DNA from: Candidatus Culexmicrobium cathedralense
Lineage (GTDB): Archaea; Thermoproteota; Methanomethylicia; Culexarchaeales; Culexmicrobiaceae
DNA: 64,000 nucleotides
Direction of reading: 5' to 3'
Assembly (NCBI GenBank): GCA_025061115.1
Contig: JANZKC010000001.1
Location: 192,001 to 256,000 of the forward strand
Shown: piece after piece, positions 48,991 through 58,425 of the stretch
Position numbering within the stretch: position 1 is the first letter of the stretch
Layout: each line of letters starts with the position of its first letter
The notes under the pieces: generated by a model
Database searches by the model: none
What the model saw: only the letters and a program-made list of their open reading frames with translations
What the model was told of the DNA's origin: nothing
Translations under genes and position numbers: made by a program

Positions 48991-50025
48991 ATGTCAATTT
49001 TAGATCAGTTAATAGGCGTTAATTTAGATACGTTTTTAAGTTTCCACCGCCATGGTAAGTTGAATACCAGGTGGACTAGCGAATTGAAGCTTGGAGCTTC
49101 AGGATTTAATGTTGGCAAGAGAAGTAGAAGTGAAGTACTAGATTACTTGGCAATAAGAAGCGAGTTTGAAGCTCTAAGGAAGGCTGGAGGAGAAGTTGAT
49201 GAATTAATGTTCACCGACTGCGCATTAGGGGAAGAATTAACAAACGCAATGGCTAGAAGAGGTTTGCTTTTGTACCCCACAGTTGATGAAATGGAGAGGA
49301 TAAGAGAAATAGCTAGAGAAATTGGAGTTGAGATTGGAGGACATGCCTCATTCCTAATAAACCTGGCATCCCCAGATAGTAGGAAGAGAAGTGCTTCCAG
49401 AGGACATATAACAGCACTTTCCAGAAGACTTGCAGCTGCTGGCGGAATTTATGGAGTAATGCACCTAGGATTTATTGGAAGCTACTCCGAGGAGGAAGTT
49501 AAGAACGTAGTTCAAGAGGAATTAGAGAAAATTATAGGCTCATTAGAAGTTCAGCTACTTGTTGAAAATGCAGGTAAAAGAAAGGCTGTAGGCTCTCTTC
49601 AATTCGTTCTTGACTTAGCTGAAAATCTAGGAGTTAAATTATGCATTGACTGGGCGCACCTTCACGCGTACACCAGAGGAGGAATACGAAGCGAAGAAGA
49701 TGCTGTGAAAATAATTGACTTGATTGAAAATAGGCTTGGAAAATTTGATGAATGGGTTCCAGTAATGCATATTTCAGGCATAAAATATGGAGCGGGAGGA
49801 GAAATAGAGCATTTAGGACTATTAGAGTCGGATTTCAACTGGTACGCTGTAATGAAAGTTCTAATTGAAAGTGGAGTTGACAACATATTAATTTGCGAAA
49901 GCCCGAAAAGGTGGACTGGAGATTTGGAAATTCTTCACAAAGTATTACTTGGAGAGAAAATTAAATTTAAAAAGCCTGCTCAAAGATCGATTACGGATTG
50001 GATAAAAGATAAAGATATTAGTTGA
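48991..50025 (+). CDS. nfo: Endonuclease IV (Nfo)-like AP endonuclease with C-terminal PIP-like motif
   Basis: HASFLINLAS, MHLG, ENAG, CIDWAHLHA, MHISG, GEIEH, ICESP; tail QRSITDW. Confidence 0.8.
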   Translation: MSILDQLIGVNLDTFLSFHRHGKLNTRWTSELKLGASGFNVGKRSRSEVLDYLAIRSEFEALRKAGGEVDELMFTDCALGEELTNAMARRGLLLYPTVDEMERIREIAREIGVEIGGHASFLINLASPDSRKRSASRGHITALSRRLAAAGGIYGVMHLGFIGSYSEEEVKNVVQEELEKIIGSLEVQLLVENAGKRKAVGSLQFVLDLAENLGVKLCIDWAHLHAYTRGGIRSEEDAVKIIDLIENRLGKFDEWVPVMHISGIKYGAGGEIEHLGLLESDFNWYAVMKVLIESGVDNILICESPKRWTGDLEILHKVLLGEKIKFKKPAQRSITDWIKDKDIS

Positions 50026-50026
50026 T

Positions 50027-51196
50027 TCACCACTCGAATAATTCTACATTTGCCCTTGGCACTATCACTTTTCTTCCATCTTCAAGTTCAATTTCAACTA
50101 CTCTCACTGGCGATTCGGTTTCCACTTGCTGTAGCTCTATTGGCAGTCGAACGACCTTAGCCAGGGCTCCGAAGTATGGAGCTCTAATAACTCTGATTTT
50201 AGTTCCAGGCTGCATTCCGCCGATAAGCAGTTCTTCTTCCTCTGGAAGCTCCAGTGGATTGACATCTAGCTTTGGAACTATGATTTCAGGCCTCATTACT
50301 CCAGCTCTAATTTGAGTTGCACCGTTAATTGCAGCTAGAACGCCCTCATTTTCCTTCAGTAGGTTGAAGGTCTTCTTAGCCATTCTAACTTTTCCGAAGC
50401 CCTCAGTTATTATTATTGTCATTGGAATATCCTCGTGTCCAGTGATTGCTACGCCTATTTCGTAGCCTAAGAAGTCCGTGAAGTCTTTAAAGTCAACTCC
50501 GCCAACAACTACGCCTTTAGCTCCAACCTCCATGGCTTTCTTCAAAACATCGCATGTAGCATATGAGCCTCCAACAATTATTTTGCCTTCGCATTCCGGC
50601 GTAATCTTGTTTGCAGTGAGCTCCTCCTCCGGAGAGTCGACTGCAACATAGATTTCTCCATGTCTTTCCCCTCCAATTCCAAAGATGCCCTCAATAAATG
50701 TCGCAGCGCACTCTATAACAACACCTTCCTTGGGGAGCACCTTCGTAACGATTCCTGGAATATAGGCGTCTATTTCAACTGGAATTGGAGGCTCTCTGAG
50801 AATTACCTGACCAGTAACTTCAGATATATGTTCAATGTATCCATCCACTGGAGATTTTATCTCAGATTTAATTAAACCGAAGAAAGCCTTGTACATTGCA
50901 ATGATTTCTCCCTTCTTCACTTGCTCGCCAACCTTCTTCCTCATATAGTTCTTAAGCTCTTCAGGCTCAACACCTAAAATTGCAGCTGCACTGATAACGC
51001 GTATATCGCCTGGCAAATGAGTTCTAGCTACGATGGTGTCATAGTTTACTCTTTCACCCTCTTTAACTAGAACGTCTCCCGGAAGTGGAAGTCTCCTCGT
51101 CTTCTTAACCCTTGCTAGCGGCGAAATTTTCAATCCTGGAGTATAAGCATGGGCAGATTGACTTTCCTTACTACCTCCACCATTAACCATTTTCAA
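50027..51196 (-). CDS. Uncharacterised protein with barrel-sandwich-hybrid repeats and C-terminal KOW-like domain (GlmL-cluster partner)
   Basis: PGDVLVKEGERV, KKVGEQVKKGEIIA..IKSPVDGYI; C-terminal PGTKIRVIRAPYFGALAKV..VIVPRANVE. Confidence 0.75.
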   Translation of the reverse strand: MKMVNGGGSKESQSAHAYTPGLKISPLARVKKTRRLPLPGDVLVKEGERVNYDTIVARTHLPGDIRVISAAAILGVEPEELKNYMRKKVGEQVKKGEIIAMYKAFFGLIKSEIKSPVDGYIEHISEVTGQVILREPPIPVEIDAYIPGIVTKVLPKEGVVIECAATFIEGIFGIGGERHGEIYVAVDSPEEELTANKITPECEGKIIVGGSYATCDVLKKAMEVGAKGVVVGGVDFKDFTDFLGYEIGVAITGHEDIPMTIIITEGFGKVRMAKKTFNLLKENEGVLAAINGATQIRAGVMRPEIIVPKLDVNPLELPEEEELLIGGMQPGTKIRVIRAPYFGALAKVVRLPIELQQVETESPVRVVEIELEDGRKVIVPRANVELFEW

Positions 51197-51201
51197 CCCT
51201 C

Positions 51202-53058
51202 CTAAATCTCCTCTACCTCTAAAATGCTCTCTGGATAAGCGTTAAGCGCTCTAAACCAGCTTATGAGCATTTTCCTTCTAGTTTCAAAGTCTTCCGGCAG
51301 CTTTAGCGGCCTGCCCCTAGCATCTATGATTATTCCAGCAGCTCCACCCCAAACTGTTGCTTCCCTCTTCTTCCCTTTGCCCGCTCCAACATCGAAGTCC
51401 GATGAAGGCTCAATAACCACTTTAGCAGTTTGATCTTCTGGTAGCGGTATTCTGTCGATCTCACCATAGTTCACGGCCTTTTCCACCACCGAGCCATCAG
51501 GCATGTGAGCTGTAACTTTAACTGCTGGACCCGGCTTCTTGGCATGTCCATCCAATGCAATGCACGTTCCAAGCTTGACGATGCAGTCTCTTTCGAAGAT
51601 CTCCATTGCAGCTTCCGGATATACTGTTGAGAGAACGCCTAGGTGAGGCATCATGAATATGCTGTCACACATCAACCTCGTAACGCCCTTAACTTGGAAT
51701 GCATCCATGAGAATTAATGCTGCCTGCTGCCTTCTCGGAGTGTGGGATAGTAGACCGCCAGTTCCTCCAACGAGATGAATGTTCATCATGTCGATGTAAG
51801 TTTCCTCTTCAAGGGACTGCTCGAATATGTCTGCAATTGTCCTCTTCCTCTGAACTCCTCTTAATCCTCTTGCCAATTGCTTGTGATGCTCAAATCCAAG
51901 TCTGATCGCCTCTCTTGCAACTGCATGCTCAATTATTAGGTCATCAAGAGTTTGAGGAAGCGTAGTTGGCCTAATCATCTTATTTGCAAGCCTATTTCTC
52001 AGCTCCCTCTCATCAACTTTGAATGGAAGCCAACGCATTATGTTCTTTGTGCCAGCCTCCTTGAGAACGTTGCATATGCTGTAGCTCATTCCTAAGTTAG
52101 CGCTTACTGTCCTCACGAACTTCCCTTCATATACCGAGTATACGTTTGTAGTTGCACCTCCAAGACCTACTCCTAGAACGTTTATCTTCCACATTCTCGC
52201 AATCGTTCTAAACATCATTCCTTCGCCTGCTGGTGTTGGCATTACTGGAGCCATAACCCACTCGGTGAGCTTGTGATATCCTGGAGCGTGTGCCATTACG
52301 TGCTCCATGAATAACCTGTGAATAGCGTTTCTAGCAGGCTCAACCACCTCAACTTCAAGTACAGGCCTGAGGTTGTCGACGATGGTTAGTTCAAATTTAT
52401 CTCCAAGAACGTTTTTCACGTGCTCCCTTGCCATTTTATTTCCAGCATAAACTATCGGTAGCTTGTATCCTAAGCCGAATCTGGGCTTTGGCTCTGCTGC
52501 GCTAATTAGCTCGGCAAGCTCAACCACGTGCTTGATCGTTCCGCCGTCAGTTCCACCTGCAAGCAAAATCATGTCTGGCCTTAGAAATCTCATTCTCTCA
52601 ATTTTCTTGTGAGGAGGCCTGCCATCATCGATTGCCATTACGTCCATAACTATTGCTCCAGCTCCTAGTGCAGCTCTTTCAGCGCTCTCAGCAGTCATTG
52701 ACTTAACTACTCCTGCAACCATCATTTGAAGGCCGCCTCCAGCGCTGCTCGTTGAAACGTAGAGGTCCACTCCGACATTTTCGCCTTGGTATGGCACTAT
52801 TATTCCTGTGCCATCATCTTTCAAGATTTTATGTCCCGTTAGCTCCTCAACTTCTCTAATTGCGTTTCTCAAGCCCATCGTCACGTCTTCAAATGGCTTT
52901 TCCACAGTGGTTGGGGCTTCTCCAGCGCATATGAAGCGCCATTGACCATTAATTTTCTTGAAGAACCTAGCTTTAGTTGTAGTACTGCCTACGTCGGTTG
53001 CTAGTATCACTTGCATTTTACTTACATCTAATTTTGAGAGATCATAACGCCGCTCCAT
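51202..53058 (-). CDS. GlmL/MutL (glutamate mutase L-like) ASKHA-fold ATPase
   Basis: TDVGSTTTKA, SSAGGGL, LLAGGTDGG, GGATT, RTVSANLGMSYS. Confidence 0.85.
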   Translation of the reverse strand: MERRYDLSKLDVSKMQVILATDVGSTTTKARFFKKINGQWRFICAGEAPTTVEKPFEDVTMGLRNAIREVEELTGHKILKDDGTGIIVPYQGENVGVDLYVSTSSAGGGLQMMVAGVVKSMTAESAERAALGAGAIVMDVMAIDDGRPPHKKIERMRFLRPDMILLAGGTDGGTIKHVVELAELISAAEPKPRFGLGYKLPIVYAGNKMAREHVKNVLGDKFELTIVDNLRPVLEVEVVEPARNAIHRLFMEHVMAHAPGYHKLTEWVMAPVMPTPAGEGMMFRTIARMWKINVLGVGLGGATTNVYSVYEGKFVRTVSANLGMSYSICNVLKEAGTKNIMRWLPFKVDERELRNRLANKMIRPTTLPQTLDDLIIEHAVAREAIRLGFEHHKQLARGLRGVQRKRTIADIFEQSLEEETYIDMMNIHLVGGTGGLLSHTPRRQQAALILMDAFQVKGVTRLMCDSIFMMPHLGVLSTVYPEAAMEIFERDCIVKLGTCIALDGHAKKPGPAVKVTAHMPDGSVVEKAVNYGEIDRIPLPEDQTAKVVIEPSSDFDVGAGKGKKREATVWGGAAGIIIDARGRPLKLPEDFETRRKMLISWFRALNAYPESILEVEEI

Positions 53059-53060
53059 AG

Positions 53061-53095
53061 TTGACCCAGCTTTACCCAGCTTTACCTATCTTTAC
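53061..53095. repeat. 10-bp-period direct repeats in the glmL-like leader
   Basis: TTGACCCAGC TTTACCCAGC TTTACCTATC TTTAC. Confidence 0.65.
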
Positions 53096-53189
53096 AAACC
53101 TAAAGCTCATACTCACTTTTAAAATTTAAGTCTTATTATAACTCAACTTCCATTGGCTTAGTTGCAATGAACTTAAACTAAGCTGAATC

Positions 53190-53594
53190 TCAACCCCCCT
53201 GCTCTTCTTCCATTGTTATCAGACTATAGGCGCTTTGAGCAGCTTCATTAATTGCACCTCTCAAAGTTAGAACTTTAATCGTCCAGAGCACAACGATGGC
53301 AGCGCTAGCTATTATGAAGTTGAAGTCAAGTACTGGAAATAAAATTGCTAATGCGAAAACTATGAATGAAACTCCAAGCTTGTAGCCGAAGCGCAGCGCT
53401 TTACCTTCGGGAAGTACATAAACCTTAGCTTCACCGAAAAAGTCGCTGTATATTAAGTCAAATCCGCTCTCTCGGGAAGTTTTAGTTTTAAAGCCTCTTC
53501 TAGCCATTTCTTCAGCAAATTTTTTTAAAAACTCATCCTTCTTATCAGCTAATTTGGGATATATTTTCTCGCTGACAGTCAAGTGAAGCGACAT
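53190..53594 (-). CDS. Hypothetical membrane protein (2 C-terminal TM helices)
   Basis: 134 aa; soluble N-domain plus hydrophobic hairpin. Confidence 0.65.
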   Translation of the reverse strand: MSLHLTVSEKIYPKLADKKDEFLKKFAEEMARRGFKTKTSRESGFDLIYSDFFGEAKVYVLPEGKALRFGYKLGVSFIVFALAILFPVLDFNFIIASAAIVVLWTIKVLTLRGAINEAAQSAYSLITMEEEQGG

Positions 53595-53703
53595 CGCAAC
53601 ACCATTAAAAGCCTTAAAAGCTTTTGATTATTAAGCATTTACGGTTGATTCAATGGACTGTAATTTAATTGGCAAGCATCCGCGCAAATCAAATTGATGA
53701 AAG

Positions 53704-55524
53704 CTAAGTGAAGAACCTTATGCTCCTCCCAGATTCAAGAGCATTAAGAAGAAGCTTGCCTAGTTCGCTGCTTAATCTAAGCTTCAGCCTCCCTCGCTTA
53801 TCTAAAGTGATGTTGGTTACAAGCTCTCCGTCCACATAAATGTCTACCGGCCTATGGCCGAGATCCTTGCCGAAATCGAATATTAAGTACGACTTAGTTT
53901 CCCTAACCGAATAGTCTTTAAGTTCAACATTCCTAGCAGTTACGCCCTCCTCTTTAGGCAAGAGCTTTATTCTAACGCCAAGCCTCTTCTCAAGCTTGCT
54001 TATCACCTTGCCATTGCGCCCAATTATTTGAGGCATTAGACTACGCCTAACCCTCACAACCGCCATCTTGCTTGAAATCATTTCAACTTCAGCTTGCTTA
54101 TCAAACTGCTTGAATAGAGATAATACGCGTTCCCCAACTCTATCGAGGTCCTCGCGCCTCTCCCTCTTAATTGGGACAACAACGGTTTCCTCCCCGAAAG
54201 TGTAAATCTCATATTCGACCTCACCAGTTTCAAAATCCCTAACTTCAATAACGGGCCTAGCCAAGTCTTGGTCGTACATTCCATGAGGAACCTTAACAGT
54301 TAAAGACAACTCATAAACACTCCTTATCTCGCCGTCCTTGATGAAAATCACCGTATCTATTACTTGGGGCACCATCCCCAAGTCAACTCTTCCAAGAAAT
54401 CTCTGAATTGCGTCTATCGGCGAAGATGCGTGAACCACTCCAACCATTCCTACGCCAGCTAACCTCATGTCTACAAACACTGCGAAATCCCTGGACTTCC
54501 TCAACTCGTCAAAAATCGTGTAATCCGGCCTCACAAGCAAGAGTATGTCTGCAGTCTTGCTGAAGTCTCCCTCAAGCGGAGCATATTGAGTTATTTCCGG
54601 CCCAACCTGAAGGTCCCTTGGAGCCTCCATAGTCTTAACTATGGCGCTCTTCTCTCTCCAATAAAAATCAGCTAGAGCAGATGCAAACGTGGACTTTCCA
54701 GCTCCAGGAGGACCGCAAATTAGAATTCCTTCAGCCTTCTCAAGTAATCTGCGCTTCAACCTCCTTGAAAGCCGATAATCTTCAAGCGTAACTTTAACTA
54801 TAGGCCTAACTGCTGTAATTTCAATTCCATCTGAAAATGGAGGTCTTGCAATAGCAATCCTATAGGTGCCGAGCTGAATAACCATGGCACCTTGCCTACT
54901 AATTTCCACAAAAGCATCAGTTTTGAAGCGAGCCCGCCTAAGAATATCTCTTACGATGTACTCGAGCTCAGCTTTACTGCAGGGCTCATCTCTAATTTTA
55001 ATTAAACGCCAATTCCCTGGAGTTCCTCTCTTAGCATATGGAGGAACCCCCTCCTTCAAGTGCACGCTCATGGTGTCAGGCGTGAAGAAATCTTCAAGCT
55101 TAACCTTCACCTTAGGCGCCTCAGGCTCGATGTACATAACTCGAATACCCTCAGCCTCTGCGACCAAAGCTTGAACATAATCGCTAGTAATTAGAGTAGC
55201 ATTATAGTCACGCGCTACATCTCTAATTAAAGCGTCAATTCTCCCCTTCCTAGCAAGCTGAATTTCCTCAAGCGTAGGGCGCTCTCCAACGCAGGTCACT
55301 TTAATGCCCTTTTTCTCCTTAGCTATCTTCCTCAACTTGAGAACTTCCTCTAAACCAGTAAAGCCGACTTCACGCCCAAGTGAGGCTTGAGCTTGAAGTT
55401 CATCTAAGACAGCTTCAGGAATTATAATTTCAACGTCAACTAGCTCTCCACTTTCAACTAGCTTGGTCATCCTACCATCTATTAATACGCTAGTATCCGG
55501 AACTACTTTCTCCATCAACTTCAC
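53704..55524 (-). CDS. PINA ATPase (PIN + P-loop + KH; Holliday junction branch migration)
   Basis: VPDTSVLIDG PIN domain, GPPGAGKST, LLLVRPDYTIFDE, KH IIGRNG. Confidence 0.93.
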   Translation of the reverse strand: MKLMEKVVPDTSVLIDGRMTKLVESGELVDVEIIIPEAVLDELQAQASLGREVGFTGLEEVLKLRKIAKEKKGIKVTCVGERPTLEEIQLARKGRIDALIRDVARDYNATLITSDYVQALVAEAEGIRVMYIEPEAPKVKVKLEDFFTPDTMSVHLKEGVPPYAKRGTPGNWRLIKIRDEPCSKAELEYIVRDILRRARFKTDAFVEISRQGAMVIQLGTYRIAIARPPFSDGIEITAVRPIVKVTLEDYRLSRRLKRRLLEKAEGILICGPPGAGKSTFASALADFYWREKSAIVKTMEAPRDLQVGPEITQYAPLEGDFSKTADILLLVRPDYTIFDELRKSRDFAVFVDMRLAGVGMVGVVHASSPIDAIQRFLGRVDLGMVPQVIDTVIFIKDGEIRSVYELSLTVKVPHGMYDQDLARPVIEVRDFETGEVEYEIYTFGEETVVVPIKRERREDLDRVGERVLSLFKQFDKQAEVEMISSKMAVVRVRRSLMPQIIGRNGKVISKLEKRLGVRIKLLPKEEGVTARNVELKDYSVRETKSYLIFDFGKDLGHRPVDIYVDGELVTNITLDKRGRLKLRLSSELGKLLLNALESGRSIRFFT

Positions 55525-55574
55525 CTTAGAGCTAAAAATAGGGTTCTAATATTTAAATAAAGCGCAATACGTTA

Positions 55575-56273
55575 TTACGCCTTAATTATCGATATCGCCC
55601 TAATCACATCAGCAGTATCCTCAGCCTTGTCAGCTACCATCTCCAAGTTCTCAACAGCCTCTTTAACCATTAGCCAGTGGCTTATCTTCTTGGCTTCATC
55701 TCCCCACTTCAAAATTTTAATTAGCAAGTCAACCCTATGCTCGTCAATTGCCTCCTCCAATCGCTCAACAGCTTCAGCAACATCGATAGCTTTCCTTGGA
55801 TTTTCAATAAGCGTTGTGAAGGCTTCTTTAAGCTTACAGCCAATATCATAAACCATGTCAGCCATCTTCTTCAACTGCACCTTTACGCACTCAGGCATGT
55901 CTTCAGGCTTCGCCAAGCATAACTTTCTACCTGCAGACTTAGCATTGGCAGCTAAGTCATCCGCAGTTAAAACTAGGTGAATGATCTCCTCTCTATCAAT
56001 GGGATGAAAAGGACCTTTAGAAAGCTCATCTAAAATTCTCTCCTTAACATCATCAGCTTCACGCTCCCTATCAAAAACCAACTTAAAAATCTCACAAGCC
56101 TTATCGTATTCACCATCACAAACAGCGTAAACAAGGTCCCGAGTAGCGGAAATAACCGACAAAATGGTTTCAAGGTGAACACGACAAATATTTAAAATTT
56201 CAATTTCCCTCTTCTTCCCAAACCAAAAGGCGGAGTACGTGGACTTAAACAACTTCAAACCTCCGAGAGACAT
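55575..56273 (-). CDS. DUF47/PhoU-like phosphate transport regulator
   Basis: EREADDVK, PIDREE, LEEAID, LEMVADKAED; near the PiT gene. Confidence 0.88.
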   Translation of the reverse strand: MSLGGLKLFKSTYSAFWFGKKREIEILNICRVHLETILSVISATRDLVYAVCDGEYDKACEIFKLVFDREREADDVKERILDELSKGPFHPIDREEIIHLVLTADDLAANAKSAGRKLCLAKPEDMPECVKVQLKKMADMVYDIGCKLKEAFTTLIENPRKAIDVAEAVERLEEAIDEHRVDLLIKILKWGDEAKKISHWLMVKEAVENLEMVADKAEDTADVIRAISIIKA

Positions 56274-56317
56274 TGATTTTGAATTGATTTGATATAAGCA
56301 TTTCGGATATTTAATAA

Positions 56318-57325
56318 TTACTTACGGCGAGTCAGCTTCACTGAAGCCAACAAGCCTAGAATATAGGCTGCAGCAGTACTGCTCCTCATCGAAAACTGCG
56401 TTCGAGGCCCCAACCTAAAAAGGCCTTTTGCTGCATGTCTAGCTTCAATGCTCAGCCCTTCAAACTCATTTCCAATTAATATACCTAGCTTATCCTCACG
56501 GGAGAAGGCTACTTTCAGGAAGTCCTCCTCATTTAATGAAGCGCTAACACTGAAGCCAATTGGATACAAATCCTTTAATGCTTCGATCAAGTTATCGTAA
56601 ATCTTCAACTTAACTTGATCAGCAACTCCACCAATTGCGCGTAAAGCCTTATCAACCTTGTCTCTACGAGCCCCTACAATTCTAAGCTCAACATTTAATG
56701 CTGCACAGAGCCTAAGCATGTCCATGATCTCGTAGGCAGTCTTAGGCTTCTCAAAAACAATTACATACTTCTGGAAGAAGTTTGAAGGCAAGTGCTTCCT
56801 GAACTTCCTATAAAAGCGCCCCAGCGAAACACCAATAGCCATTCCACTACTACCGAATTGAATGTAAACAACGTAGTCCGGATCTTTAACGTCGACTCTC
56901 AGCGCCAAATTCCTAGAAATTTCAAATCCAATAATTCTGCAAAGCTCCACGCTGCTCTCTCCAATCCTGAATGAGGCGTCATCAATCTTCTTAACTTCAA
57001 TTTTAAACGTGCCAGAGCCATACCTGCCAATCAACTTCCTCAACGCTTCAATCGACTTTAAAGTGGCAAGCTCAATGCTCGGAGGCAGCCTCTCATAGAA
57101 AATTGGAATTAACCTAGAAACCTCAGGAATTCCTCTAAGAACTTCAAGAGCCCTCAGCAAGTCACCCTCAAACTTAACCATCAAGCGCTTCAAGGGCTTT
57201 TCACGGTCAAATTCAACTTCAGCTTTAATTCCAGCATTATTCAGAGCACTCTCTAAAATCTTAGCTATTTTATGCTCCTTACCAGAAGTATAGTCTTCCA
57301 ACGTTACGAGAATCTTCACATCCAA
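56318..57325 (-). CDS. THUMP plus SPOUT RNA methyltransferase
   Basis: TSGKE N-terminus, FKIEVKK/VDVKDPD THUMP motifs; SPOUT knot IGNEFEGLS...SMRSSTAA. Confidence 0.75.
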   Translation of the reverse strand: MDVKILVTLEDYTSGKEHKIAKILESALNNAGIKAEVEFDREKPLKRLMVKFEGDLLRALEVLRGIPEVSRLIPIFYERLPPSIELATLKSIEALRKLIGRYGSGTFKIEVKKIDDASFRIGESSVELCRIIGFEISRNLALRVDVKDPDYVVYIQFGSSGMAIGVSLGRFYRKFRKHLPSNFFQKYVIVFEKPKTAYEIMDMLRLCAALNVELRIVGARRDKVDKALRAIGGVADQVKLKIYDNLIEALKDLYPIGFSVSASLNEEDFLKVAFSREDKLGILIGNEFEGLSIEARHAAKGLFRLGPRTQFSMRSSTAAAYILGLLASVKLTRRK

Positions 57326-57354
57326 TGTAGCTGTTAAAAACGCTTTTAAGCTTA

Positions 57355-58425
57355 ATGATTCAACTACATTTGACCAAGTTGGAGGTCAAAGATGCGGTGA
57401 TAGATCTTGCAACAATACTTCTAGGCATCGGGCTGGCACTATCATTTTTAACTGCAATAAGTCTTGGAGCAAATGACGCAGCAACGCCAACAGACTGCGC
57501 CGTAGGAGCTGGAGTAATTTCAGTAAGAAATGCAGTTATTCTCTTTGCAACCTTCACAGGAATAGGCGCGCTACTTCAAGGATATCAAGTTATGAAAACC
57601 ATTGGAAAGGGAATAGTTCCTGAAGTCGAACTACTAGGAGCAATAACAATTTCACTGACAGCAGCATTATGGGTCTTGATATGCTCCTACAAGGGCCTAG
57701 ACGTGTCAGTCACCTACGCAACTATTGGAAGCGTTGTCGGATACGGAATAGCAGCCCATGGTGTTGAAAACGTAAATTTCGGAATACTTCAAAAGGTATT
57801 TCTAAGCTGGATTTCATCTCCACTATGCTCAATGGCTTTAGCATACTCGATATACACGGCTCTAAAGAAAATCCTAATTAAGAGAATGTGGACTGAGGGC
57901 ATTCAGAAAGTAATTTCATGGCTTCTACTTATATCCCTATGCTTCTCAGCATACTCCTTCGGCGCAAACGACGTTGGAAACGCCACAGGAGTATACGTGA
58001 CAGTTGCGGAAAAGCTTGGAAGAGTTCCGGACTACACTGCAATGATACTACTATCTGCATTTGGAGCTTTGGGAATAGCAATTGGAGGATTAACTTGGGG
58101 AAGAAGAGTAATCGAAACAGTTGCTTTCAGAATAACTAGAATAGACCTAGTAATGGGCTTAGCAGCAGAAATAAGCAATGCAATAGTAGTATACCTGTTC
58201 ACGACCATTCCATACATGATATTCGGCTACGGCCTTCCAATATCAACTTCCCTAGCGAGCAACGGCTCAATAATTGGCGTAGGCCTAGCTAAAAGCTACA
58301 AGTCAATAAATACGAGAACCGTGATAAGACTAGTCATAACCTGGATAATAACTGTTCCAACCACCGCACTAATGTGCATGGCAATATTCACCATCCTCAA
58401 CCAAATAATAGTTATACCTCTATAA
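57355..58425 (+). CDS. pit: PiT-family inorganic phosphate transporter
   Basis: Two GAND signature motifs, WISSP, GLPISTS. Confidence 0.93.
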   Translation: MIQLHLTKLEVKDAVIDLATILLGIGLALSFLTAISLGANDAATPTDCAVGAGVISVRNAVILFATFTGIGALLQGYQVMKTIGKGIVPEVELLGAITISLTAALWVLICSYKGLDVSVTYATIGSVVGYGIAAHGVENVNFGILQKVFLSWISSPLCSMALAYSIYTALKKILIKRMWTEGIQKVISWLLLISLCFSAYSFGANDVGNATGVYVTVAEKLGRVPDYTAMILLSAFGALGIAIGGLTWGRRVIETVAFRITRIDLVMGLAAEISNAIVVYLFTTIPYMIFGYGLPISTSLASNGSIIGVGLAKSYKSINTRTVIRLVITWIITVPTTALMCMAIFTILNQIIVIPL

